DNA of 60,637 nucleotides, filler included, from Basidiobolus ranarum (Eukaryota): NCBI GenBank assembly GCA_040143965.1. It is 16 parts of 16 records of this genome, joined end to end, with 100 filler letters (N's around TTAATTAATTAA, not from the genome) between each part and the next. Parts side by side here need not be neighbours in the genome. Positions count along the whole stretch, not along the records: positions 26,647 to 30,345 come from JASJQH010002329.1; positions 30,446 to 34,142 come from JASJQH010002330.1; positions 34,243 to 37,937 come from JASJQH010002331.1; 13 more parts are not named here. One strand, 5' to 3'. Shown piece by piece: positions 26,875 to 38,037 of this stretch (position 1 is its first letter; each line of letters starts with the position of its first letter). The notes under the pieces were generated by a model. It saw only the letters and a program-made list of their open reading frames with translations, ran no database searches and was not told where the DNA came from. The position numbers and the translations under genes were made by a program.

Positions 26875-26929
26875 CAAAGTATCATCAAATTCGATTTTCT
26901 TTCTTTCTATTACGCTATTACGTGGCCTC

Positions 26930-29900
26930 ATGAGTACCAGAATAATCGAATCATTTACTAGAGGAAATATCGGTGTATTTATTGATGGTGACAGTCCTCA
27001 AATGGAGGCTATTCAAGTGAAAAAAGAAAGGAAAGGCGTGATCGTGAAGTACGGTATGTTTAAATATGCTGTTATATTTAATGAGCCAGTATTTCTCGCA
27101 TTTATTGTTAAGGAAAATGCTTTACCAAGGAACTGATTTGTTGTTGCCACTGAAGAAGATCCAAAGAGAGGATGGCTTGATATTGAGTTTATTGTGGGAC
27201 TGGATGGAATATACAAGTATGGAAACAATAGTGCAGAAGGAATACAGTCACCATCAAACTTAGTGAAGTACCTAGCGCAAGTATATATTCGAATTTTTAA
27301 TGAACTTTATGCTACCTTTCTAGAGTATGAAATTACTGAAGCTAACTTACTCTGGGCTTGCGATCATCGCCCTTATAAGGATAATGGGTACTACAAGTAT
27401 TCTTGGCATGCGACAACAAATATTGAAAAGGATAATCGCATTTTTATGTTTGCCAATGTACTTGAGGAAGCGCAATTCTTCAAAACTCTGATGGCGAAGC
27501 TGGTTCAACTGGCTGATGATGGTGAAATCCAAGCCAGTATACTCCTGAGACAGAAGCAACCGGATCCATCTGTTTACAGTAAAAATCGCGCTTTTTGCTT
27601 GTTACATAGCTCTAAGTATCCAGGAGAGACCACCTCATTGAAACAAGATGCTACAATGAATGCAATACATACAGGTACAGACCTAGACTACTTTCCAATT
27701 TATCACAGCTCATTCGAAAGAATCTGTGTCGTACTTCCTAGTATTAAAGGGAAACACAAAGAAGGTGGTATACTTGTGGGCTCTAGTCCAAAAGTTGGAA
27801 ATAGTTCATCGGCTAGCTCAAATGGTGATATTCATCTTAGCCCTGTCGGGAATAGAACTAAGAGACAGTGGGCGATTAATAATGGGGACCGACCTTGTTT
27901 TGATCTATCTCAAGTTTTAGAAAAGACTAATACGGCACAAGGTAATCACTTTTCTATTTGTTCGCTTCCGAGCATAGAAAGATTTGCTGGAGCGCCAGGG
28001 ATTTTGAGATCATTCTTCCGTAGATGTCCGAGAGAATATGATGTAGTATGATATGCGGAGGAAAATGGCCTTATTATAACGCAAGTAAAACCGTGGAGTA
28101 TAACGTTTCCTAACACATATCTTTATCGCTTCTTGCCTTCATCAAGCAGACCATGCCCGAATGGAGTATTTCACCGCTCCAATGGTACAGTAATTATATG
28201 GAAGTATATTTCAATGGATCTAGCGGTCAAAATGCTGACTGCTGATGGTCTTCCAACTAGCGATTATTTGTCAGGATTTGGAAGACTAGAGCACAAGTGC
28301 TTGGACCCCAATTGCATTAATGGAGCTATCACAAATATAACTAGGCATTATGGCGATCATTATGGATTTACACTCACGCCATATTGGATACCGATTGATG
28401 TCATTTATAACGTGATTACAATATCATCAAGTATGACTTCGGTGATAACCTGGTTGATACGACACTTAGTTGGATCAGAGAGTGGTATTAAGAAACTAAT
28501 AAAGACTACAAAGTCATGGTCCATTTGGAATGGAGTAATATGGGAACCAACCAGGGATCTGACATACAAAATATCAAGCTTTTTGGAACTCTACGTCACC
28601 AGTTTACGAAGAAATTTTAGCAAAGGAAAAGCTTACTGGCTCGCCAATGGTAAAAGGGAACCAGTTAACACCATGAAGGAACTTTTAAAGTCGATTGACT
28701 TGGCTATGGAAGAGCTCCTACGTCAGGTGAGAAATATCGGCATGATACAAGCTGCACTTACACCAATAGAAGTTATATTCACGGTTGCAACTACATTGAT
28801 CGATGGTCCTAGTAGTGAAGGATGGTTAGTAATAGGTAATCGTTACTTGAATCTTGAAACAGGCAAGTTTCATACTCCAGTACCAAGCTTATATATATCA
28901 CAGGTAATCCAAACCCCTTGGGAAGGCCAGGACTCACTTGAAGAAGATATTGACTCCACATTTCCTGTACTTGAGCCGTTTCTTCGTGAGCTATTCTCAG
29001 ACCGCAGAGAGAATGATTATCACGAGTTCATTAGAAACCTTCAAATGTTCCTTGGATATAGCCTTACAGGAAAAGCAAATCTACACACAGTAGTTTTTCT
29101 CTATGGGTTGGGAAGAAATGGCAAAGGACTATTTTGTAGGCTGCTAAAGTCGGTTTTCATTGGGGAGGGTAATACCTCTCATAAATTGCTTATCGATCCT
29201 GCCGAGGTTCACAGAAATGCTTCTAATATACGAGACTTCTTGGAGATGGAAACAATCGAACAAAGATTAAGAGAGTCCAGCCCTGGGCACCACACGGAGG
29301 GTTCTATACCTGAGAATATAAGTAACCTAATAACAAATTTGGATAAAAAGATAATCTGTAAAAATGCACGTTCAGCCAAAAATGCACATACGGCACAATT
29401 GATGGGACTAATCGGAGCTCGGTGCGTGATTTTTGATGAACTCAATGCTAAAGAAGAACTGGATCTTGCAAAATTTAAGCAGTACACAGGTGGAGATGCA
29501 ATAGTTGTTAGAGCGGCATATAACAAAGACACTTTCATTATTCAAAAACCAATGTTTACCTTTTTAATCACCACTAATGTGCTCCCGGGTATAGCTCCCG
29601 AACCGTCAGTAGTGTTGCGAATCAAAGTAATTCAATTCAACGTATTTTTTGATCCGCTGATGAAGGAAGATGAAGTAGAAACTCGATTTAGAAAAAGAGG
29701 AAACTTTGAAAGGGAAGATATCATCAAATCAGTAGCAATGCGGTGTGATTTTCTGCGTTGGGTGGTTCAGGGAGCATTCCTATTCTACAAGCAGAAACGT
29801 ATTGACTGGTGCAATTCGATCATCAATGATACTAATGAATTTTGGGGACAAAGTGATATATTCAAGATGTTTCTTGAAGATTACTACAATATTCTGACCG

Positions 29901-30151
29901 ATACTGAGCAAATCATATCAGAAAACATACCACAAATGATCGAGCAAGGTTATTATATCAAATGTAGTGATTTCGAGAGAGAGCTGGCCTCTTATTACAA
30001 TGAAAAGCAGACTCCAAATAATCAAATAATTCCATTACAACGTGTCTACCAAGGACTATCAAATGAGTATAAGATTTTTAAACTTAGAACTGCGCGTGGA
30101 GGTATCAAGCGGGCTGTATATGTATTTGGCCTCAAACGCATAATCAATTGA
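26930..30151 (+). pseudogene. Virus-like primase-helicase: PrimPol-type AEP + UL52-like Zn finger + D5-like SF3 helicase, about 1073 codons, two in-frame TGA
   Basis: Track ORFs 26822-27136, 27194-28051 and 28133-30151 share one frame, separated only by TGA at 27134 and 28049. AEP motifs: WLDIE (27173), KYSWH (27395), DPSVYSKNRAFCLLHSSK (27563). Zn ligands: CPNGVFHRSN..KCLDPNC. Helicase motifs: Walker A GLGRNGKG (29105), Walker B VIFDE, FKQYTGGD..VRAAY, motif C LITTN. No introns. Confidence 0.88.
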
Positions 30152-30174
30152 GTTGTAAAGTATTACCTGTAAGA

Positions 30175-30180
30175 AATAAA
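30175..30180 (+). terminator. Polyadenylation signal candidate
   Basis: AATAAA 24 nt after the stop codon. Confidence 0.4.
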
Positions 30181-30234
30181 AGACAAGAAAGCTGTAGATA
30201 TCAATTATTAAGTGGTCGACGCAAATATTTAAAG

Positions 30235-30345
30235 AGTACGTGTGCACTGATTTTGCTGCGATTTTACAAAGGAATAATCACACAAATATGTCTCGATAAT
30301 ATGAACAAAATCAGTACGTGTGCACTGATTTTGCTGCGATTTTAC
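30235..30345 (+). repeat. 78-bp tandem repeat with a 28-bp imperfect palindrome, cut by the contig end
   Basis: AGTACGTGTGCACTGATTTTGCTGCGATTTTAC occurs at 30235 and 30313. CAAAATCAGT-ACGTGTGC-ACTGATTTTG spans 30306-30333. Confidence 0.9.
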
Positions 30346-30445
30346 NNNNNNNNNNNNNNNNNNNNNNNNNNNNNNNNNNNNNNNNNNNNTTAATTAATTA
30401 ANNNNNNNNNNNNNNNNNNNNNNNNNNNNNNNNNNNNNNNNNNNN

Positions 30446-30990
30446 ATGTGAATAATGTGAGAATTAGCAATTCCATATTGGAAATTTCAAACTCGTCCAA
30501 ATTGCCCCAAAGATAGCTCATTTTACTCCCACAGATGTTCTGAACACAACCCCAGTATTAGTTTTCTGTACTTCCACCAAAAAGTATAAATGCTTTATTT
30601 CTGGACAATAAACAATTATCTCACAAAGCTATTCAGAACTCCACTTTTCTAAAGTTCCTCCAAACAGCCCATATTTTCACAACACTTGAATATCTAAAAA
30701 GGACTTGCATCTTGATCCATATTCCTACAGTAGTAAACCCTGTAATTTGCCATTGAAAAAATGGTGCTTACCAAAAATTGTAAGAAATTAAAAGCTGCAG
30801 GATAAATATTGGAGATCAATATTGCAGCATGTGTGATTACCATCATAGAGCCATTATGAAGCCATCATCATACCATCAAAACATCAGGCAGAATAAAAGG
30901 AATCAAAGCAGCTATGGTCATCTGATGGTTGTGTGATGAAGAAGGGTGGAGTTGATACAGATCAAACCAATTTTATTTTTGTTGAATGAC
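30446..30990 (+). mobile_element. Diverged 3' segment of the En/Spm-like family
   Basis: About 30720-30980 is similar to the reverse complement of about 55940-56200. Confidence 0.45.
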
Positions 30991-31329
30991 TAATCTTTAT
31001 TCAACATCTCAGTTCACTTAAGTTAAGATACATATATCAGAAACTGAAAGCAATGTATCCATAGCCTCTATATTCTAAATAGGAATATCTCTATATCTAT
31101 ATAACAAGTATGTCTTATTACCCCGACTTATCTATTATATCTTATTACACAAACTCTTGAATATCTCAAACAATTGATTTACTTTTCACCATATAAGTCA
31201 CCCTTTACTCATTAGAATAAAGTAACTAAAACACACTATGGTAAGTTGCTTCTTAAATATAAGGTCTACCTGCATTATATCAAGATCTAATGACAATTTT
31301 TTATAGGGTTTACCAATCACTTGAAACAC

Positions 31330-31900
31330 AAGATTTTTGTGTACTTCTTAATGACAACAGTAACAGTCTGAGAGTACTCTTGGAATATCAGCTTGCAGTA
31401 GCCACTAAGATAGCAAAGATAATTAAGGTACCAAGAAAAGTCAAAGAAGCAGAAAACCTGTCATAGCAAAATGATAGAATTCTCAAGTACCATGGAGTTG
31501 GGCTGCAAACCACTGCCCCTTACATACCACTACATAATCAAGTTTCTGAAAGAATTCACAAGACAACAGTAATAATGGCAAATGCTATCTTAAATATTAA
31601 AGAACTTGGATAAGAATTCTTGGTTGGAGCTGTATATTACCTGCCTACTAGAAAAGCTGAACCCTTCCAAAGCTGTGACAGGTATGCCTTTGATGAAAAA
31701 GTGTATGTGAAAACCATTAGCCTCTCATGTTAGAGTGTTTGGGTGCTAAGCATATGCACACATATCCAAGGAGAAAAGAAGTAAGCTGAGCTCCATAACT
31801 ACAGGGTTTCCACATTTAAAATTCTTATCTGGAGCATAATTCTACCCTCTGTGTACTATTGAAGTTAGGACTGCTCTGTAAAACATGGATGTGGCTTTCA
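31330..31900 (+). pseudogene. Ty1/copia integrase remnant
   Basis: HGVGLQTTAPYIPLHNQVSERIHKT and HVRVFGC*AYAHISKEKRSKL. Confidence 0.8.
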
Positions 31901-32099
31901 ATGGGAAGTATTGCAATACTCCACATTGGAACTACACCACTTTTGAGAGTCTGGGGAATGTTGCTGCAGCTAGTGAAGAGTACTTTGATGCATACGTGAA
32001 ATAAACCTTTGATAGGATGAACTTATTCATAAGGAGCTATGGTACCAGAGAAAGTGTCAGAAATAGATATGGGTACAGTAAGAGGTTTAATGTCAAGTA

Positions 32100-34142
32100 A
32101 TAATACTATTTATTATGATTTATCACACCAAGCCCTAATAGAAATTTGAGGATTGTTATTGTAGAAAAACTATCACAATTTTAATCTGTTTGGGATTGAC
32201 AGTTCACTTACTGCAATAAATTAGTCAAGTTAGATATGATTTTAATCAATTCTTTCAGTTTCAGGAGTGAAATTTCAAGATCTTGCAAAATAGTTGCACA
32301 TCATAGGCTACAATCTCAGAGAACCATGGATCAACACATGTGCAAAAAATGTAACTCAACTTTTACACCTTTACCACCTGTAAGCTAATATCTCACCTTT
32401 GAAATTCCTAATTTCTTTGATATATTCTGCAGAATATTTTTATAGAGTTCTTCATACCCAAGGTATAGCTCATATCCAACACAAGTTTGTATAAATATTT
32501 CCATCAGAGCACACCATTGTAGTAACAATGCTGAATTAACACTCTTCCAGCTTTCTGGCAGATACCCTGCAATGAGTACCTCCTGGTTTTTGGTTTTTCC
32601 TTGATTAGCTCAAATCCAGGAGATTTTGGGCAAGATTCCACACAGTTTCAAAAATGTTAAACAATGCATCATCAGAGCAAGTGACAGCAGCTCTAACATT
32701 CAGAGTCTTGTGGTTTGATGGCTTTCCTACAAGATTTCTTCTTTCATGTGCCAGGAAATTTTGGATCATTGTGTAGGCTAATTGGTCCAACACATTTTCT
32801 GCTCTGCTAGATTGACATGGTGACACTCATATGTATGGTGTGGGATTGATTGAAATCCTATACAAAAATGGTGGAGAGAGCAGCATGTTACTGTAGCTCA
32901 AGTACAGCATTCTGAGATTCTTGTATCATTGTTGAGTGACTCTCTAATTGTTGACTAGTTGCTTCCAAATGCTGAATTTATTGCAATATTACAGTGCTAT
33001 TGCTTGTCATGGCCTGAATAGCAACTTTGTAGCTTTACTCATGATTGCTTACAAAACATTATGGTGTTCTGGCTGCAATTCCCTTGTTGTAATAGTTCTA
33101 TCACAATTTTCTAGAGGGTTCCTCACTAGTGGGCAGAGTAACCATTTTGGAAGTTAATGGACTTGACAGTGTTTTAGTTGGAATTTGCTCAAGTATTGAT
33201 TTACCATATAATTGAGGAGTTACAATCTTTTCACTTGTACTCTTGCTGGAAAGGAACACATCTTATAAGTTGATTAGTGCATCACCATTACTTGAGTTAG
33301 ATTCTTGCATGTTAATGCCTTGCAAAGTGGATAGTGGATTGCTAGACTGCTCATCAATTAAGTCCTCTGTTCTTGCTGGTTTTTTTCTTTTGCGCCGGCA
33401 AGCTTTGGCTAGGAGGCCAATTTTAATTGGGATTTTGAATGCTTTATGAATGGCATTGAAATATTCCAATGGTATACTTGGTGTAAAGAAATTGCTTAGA
33501 AACAGCTTATAATAAGCCAAAGTTGCCATCTATTACCAGGAATATCTTGAAAAATCCCTGATGACTCAACTCTGACACTGTCTCAGAATCAGTTGATGAT
33601 ATTGATGGGCTTTACCTAAAATACTACCCTTACATAGGAGGTGTTCTTTTTCCAAAATATCCTTCTCATACTGCAACACAAACATTTAAAGAAGCCCTGA
33701 TATTATTATCACAAATTTTTGTGCTACAAAAGCTGGAGGCTTCATAGAAAAAATAATCACAAAAATTGGTCACTTTACAAAGCCACCAGCTGCACAAAGC
33801 CTGGTGAATATCAACAGTAATAAGTTCACAAAATCAACTTTAGTTTTGCTCACTGAGTTAACTGACAGTGCTGTGCCTCAAAGTTTTATTAACACTGACA
33901 AAAGTAAAGATACCATGGAGTTACCACATTTATATCACCAGAATAATATAGATAGAAATGCAACTTGGTTGAACCAGCAAGTCCAGAAAACTTTGAAGAT
34001 ATGCTGCTAGATGTTGGCCTTGGTTATTCCAGTACTGATGGTAGTATGTCAGAAGTTGAAGAAGAAGATGATGGTTTTATTACAGACTCTTTGTTATTGG
34101 CAAAAATTAGTCCACTCATAACACTTACAGTAAAAGAAGTAG
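32100..34142. mobile_element. En/Spm-like family remnant: accessory ORF (minus) and transposase 5' region (plus)
   Basis: Matches 2041-2990, 20460-21120, 21950-22340, 54200-55860 and 60230-60637. Confidence 0.6.
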
Positions 34143-35454
34143 NNNNNNNNNNNNNNNNNNNNNNNNNNNNNNNNNNNNNNNNNNNNTTAATTAATTAANN
34201 NNNNNNNNNNNNNNNNNNNNNNNNNNNNNNNNNNNNNNNNNNACTTATGCTCGAGCTGACCCTCTCAAGCAGCCTCCTGGAGAGTCATCAATAGCATCAT
34301 GTATCTATGAAGACTCGCTTATTACCAAATCGAACTAGATTAAATTCTAGCAGGACGAGAACAATGGCACAATCTTTCTGTCTTAGCCACTTGAGGAGAT
34401 ACATTTTCCGTAACAGCTAATCAGTAAAAGATTAGTTACATATCAAGCACCATTCATCGCAGCAGTCTCCTTGAGCCACCAATATAACCTTTTAAACAGG
34501 TAATTAACATGAGTAGTCTGGATTGTGCTTTTTCCGCCTAGTTGTCATCCAAAGCCTGCTTTCTCTTTCAAAATAGAAAATCGCATTCATATAGTATATA
34601 GCGTAGGTGTGTTTATTCTGAGACGAATATGATCAAATAGGTCTTATGCGTGTATTAGACATTGATTTAGGGTGTCCTTCTCCACCAATAGCCTTCCATC
34701 GTTTTGATACTACTCTTCGCAACTATCCAGTCAGTGAGATACATGTATGCACGTCGAAAGCTGAGTACATGCACCATTTTCAATTATGTATTAGTCCTGA
34801 TGAAACGGAGCAAAGGTAAATTGATTGTGCTGTCTTTACGAGTGTGTGGTGAGGAGTATCTTGATCAGCACCGGACAAGAATGCTGAATCGCATAGGATT
34901 GCCCACAAGCGTCAATTAACTAGCACCCAATGAGCACTCTAGTGCTTATTAGCCTTTGCATAATCTGGCTATAAATATGGACCTCATTCATGCTAAACAA
35001 TCTGATTGCTTGCACTGCGAAATGGAGTGGTAATTTTACCATGGCAAAACAGAGTTCTTGATCCGAAAGTAGATCATTTAGCGAATTACGAGATAATTCG
35101 AGGCTTACCAGACTCTAGGTTCACTCCATTGATTTCGGTGATTACCGTGAGACCCATATAACGTGTCGATTTGGAGTTGAGATGCTGTTTTCAATCGCAC
35201 GACCCCATTGGCATCGTTTAATATCTGGAACTGTATGCAGTTTGGTAAGCGAGATTTTGCAATTTGGAATGGAAATGCGACGTATCGAAGTGGCACTGCA
35301 ATCGTTGGTTAAATACGCTATTTGTCATTGTCGGCAATAGTCAATGTTGTCTTAATTGCATCTCACCAAATTAAGTAAATGCTTGGAATATGAATCCCTT
35401 TTATAAATCCATCCCTTTCGATGCTTGTTATCATGCAGGCAGCTTTTCTTTTGA

Positions 35455-36449
35455 TTGAATCCAGATATCGTAGTGATCTTGATTCTTACAATTACCTCAT
35501 TTGCTAATTTCGCTACTGTCACCATCGTTTTTAAAGGTGAGTACTGGTTTCCTGTTGCCTTTTCTTTGCTATATTTGATTTCCCCAACCTCATTAGGCTT
35601 TGCTTGTTTTAGCCTCGTAATATATCTACTTCCCTACTTCAAATCTTCTGAAGGTATCTCAGTTTACCATGCGCTATGGATTTTTGGAAAAAGGTAAGCT
35701 TCCGGGTATATAGAATGTGACGTTTGTCTCTTACTTATACTTGTTATTCAGACAACAATGGCAACACCACCATACTGAGACCCAAGCTCAACCAGAAACT
35801 CACACTGTCCTTTGGCTTCCGACCAGTTTTTGTTCTTTTCGGTTTTCGCGAGAGCATTCTGAAATGGTTCTATAAGCATAGCGATGTTTGCATTGAAATT
35901 GTGTCAGGTACTTCGGACGCAGATACGTTGAACAAACTGACTTTTGAGTTTCAACGTATTGGCAAGTTTACCTTGACTCCTTGGCGCTGCGTAATACGCG
36001 GTACAGTGGACCAAGACTATGACCGCTTTGACAACAAGTCCAAATACCCTAAGCAGGATTTACCTATTATATTGAAGTCAGGAATCACTTTTGGCGAGGT
36101 AGCTGAATACATTGAAAATCGTTGGAAAGTCTCCAAGAATCAGCATTTCAGTTCATTTTTGACTGCCCCCACTCAACTATACAAATCTTCGGAGTTCTTG
36201 GAGGATAATTCCATCCCAATACCTACTAATTCTGCTAGACGTTTGAATCGCTTTTCTCTCCAGACCGATGCAATCACTTATTCCGTGGATGGAACCTTCG
36301 CCCCACCACCTTATACGGCATATTCAAATCTCCGTCAATCGATCACCAATTCACAAGAGCTCCCATCCTATAATTCTACGCGTATACACTGTATGGCAGA
36401 TCTTGAGACACTATCAATACTAATTGAGCAATATTCACGTAGGCTTTGA
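35455..36449 (+). CDS. Uncharacterised membrane protein with C-terminal PPxY/LPxY motifs (start uncertain)
   Basis: Hydrophobic exon ends at a GTAAGC donor (about 35693), followed by a 241-codon ORF with APPPYTAY and ELPSY. CpG content is gene-like. Confidence 0.5.
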
Positions 36450-37378
36450 AGCAACCTGGGCTTCTCCATAATTTTACCAGGTTTCTAGTATATATCATCT
36501 AAAGCTTCTGTTTCAAAGAGTTTCTTGATGTAGTTTCCCTTCCAACCCGATTTTCAGATCGAATTTTAGATATATTTTTTTCATGTAATTCACTTTCAGC
36601 TGGGTGAGGGGGTAACTCTTACCATCTTTTCACGAGGGATGGAAGTGGGTTGTAATTCCAGTTTGACGTTGTTTTTGTTACGGTTATTCATTTATAGGGC
36701 TACTTTATTACATTGTAACAGAACCTGAAGCTGCGTTCTTCGGTAGAGATATAAACATCATTTTGACAAATAAGAGAGCAAGTGTAATGATCCATGTTTG
36801 TAACTTTACTGATGCACTGGTATCTCATGTCACTACCAACCCGCATGCTGATATTTGATACAACAGTAAGACAATCAAAGATTTGTTCCATTTTCAGTGA
36901 AGTTTTTGAGAAGGCAATCTCAATGTTCAAGACAGAAAGGGGTACTTGATTTCTGCAGATGAGGAGGGATATACCAGCTATCAAATGATTTATTTGTTCA
37001 ATCCATTAAGAATCATGGTTGAATGGGAATTAACCCATTTCAAAGGAAACGTATTTGACTTTGAGGAATGCAACCTTTTATAATCTTAAAACGTTTCATT
37101 CTAAAATGTGGATTAATGAGTAGGAAATAGATGAACATTGTATATCATCCATTACTTCCGATTCAATATAACTGCTTCTATTGTCAGATTACGTTCAATA
37201 ATGTTGTAAGAGATACGCCATTGAAAATAACTATTATGGAAATCAGCCAGCGTGACTGCCTTTCCCATCATACAAGGTTAGCTCAGGCCATGTAAGTACC
37301 TATACATTGGAAGATATTTTATAGAAGCTAGGCTGAATTAGAAAGTTGATCATTATTGAACAGGTGTCATGTGAAATA

Positions 37379-37728
37379 TATAGAAATTAACACAACCTAA
37401 ATATCTATATATTCATATATAGCTTAGTATTTAGTTATCTTACATTCCACTAAGATATTACCCATTATTCTCATGAGGAATTTACTTAGAATATTGACGC
37501 CAACTTAGAAGTTCTCAGATATATAGATTTTTCATACTTAACTTAGAGGCCCCAAAGCTTGCGCACATGTTTCTGAGACCATTCTTAACACATTCTACAC
37601 ATTTATTGTGTTTATCTGGTGACAAAACTATAATTTTCAACTTTCTACTCAATTAATCAATAAGTGAAGACCATCAATTCTTGTAGTTCTCTAAACCACT
37701 TGCAACAAACACCCAAAATACTTCAACA
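37379..37728 (+). mobile_element. Solo LTR, copia family B
   Basis: Aligns along its length with 41181-41508 and ends CTTCAACA. Confidence 0.75.
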
Positions 37729-37831
37729 CAAAGACCATTGATAACTCTTCCACATCTATTGCTAAGACTAATCATAAGATCCCTAGCTGTAGGCTTGTCA
37801 CATTTTGTCAAGCCAGATAGTGCTGTATATA

Positions 37832-37937
37832 TGTTAAAGTATTTGGGAGCCTGTTGGAAGTGGTTTGGAGAATTAGAGGAATTGGTGGTTTTCACTTATT
37901 GATTTATTGAGTAGAAAGTTGACATTTATAGTTTTGT
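37832..37937 (-). mobile_element. LTR 3' end, copia family B (inverted, cut by contig end)
   Basis: TGTTAAAGTATTTGGGAGCCTGTTGGAAGTGG.. is the reverse complement of the LTR end. Confidence 0.7.
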
Positions 37938-38037
37938 NNNNNNNNNNNNNNNNNNNNNNNNNNNNNNNNNNNNNNNNNNNNTTAATTAATTAANNNNNNN
38001 NNNNNNNNNNNNNNNNNNNNNNNNNNNNNNNNNNNNN

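Noticed and set aside
26822-26929. ORF-track start at 26822
   Set aside because: That ATG lies inside the tandem repeat, upstream of the TATA box. ATG 26930 is more plausible.
23530-30151. Killer system pairing the KP6-like gene with the primase-helicase replicon
   Set aside because: They lie on different contigs separated by an artificial spacer, so there is no evidence of linkage.
26930-30172. Genetic code 4 (mitochondrial plasmid or Mollicutes-related endobacterium) or selenocysteine as the reason for the TGAs
   Set aside because: About 17 Trp codons are TGG against 2 internal TGA. The promoter signals look eukaryotic, the TGA sites are not redox-Cys-like, and parallel CpG-to-TpG changes explain them better. 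Disfavoured, not excluded.
30148-30393. ORFs running into N spacers (also 18986, 26416, 33965, 53132)
   Set aside because: Their ends are artefacts of the artificial linker. This one simply translates the 78-bp repeat.
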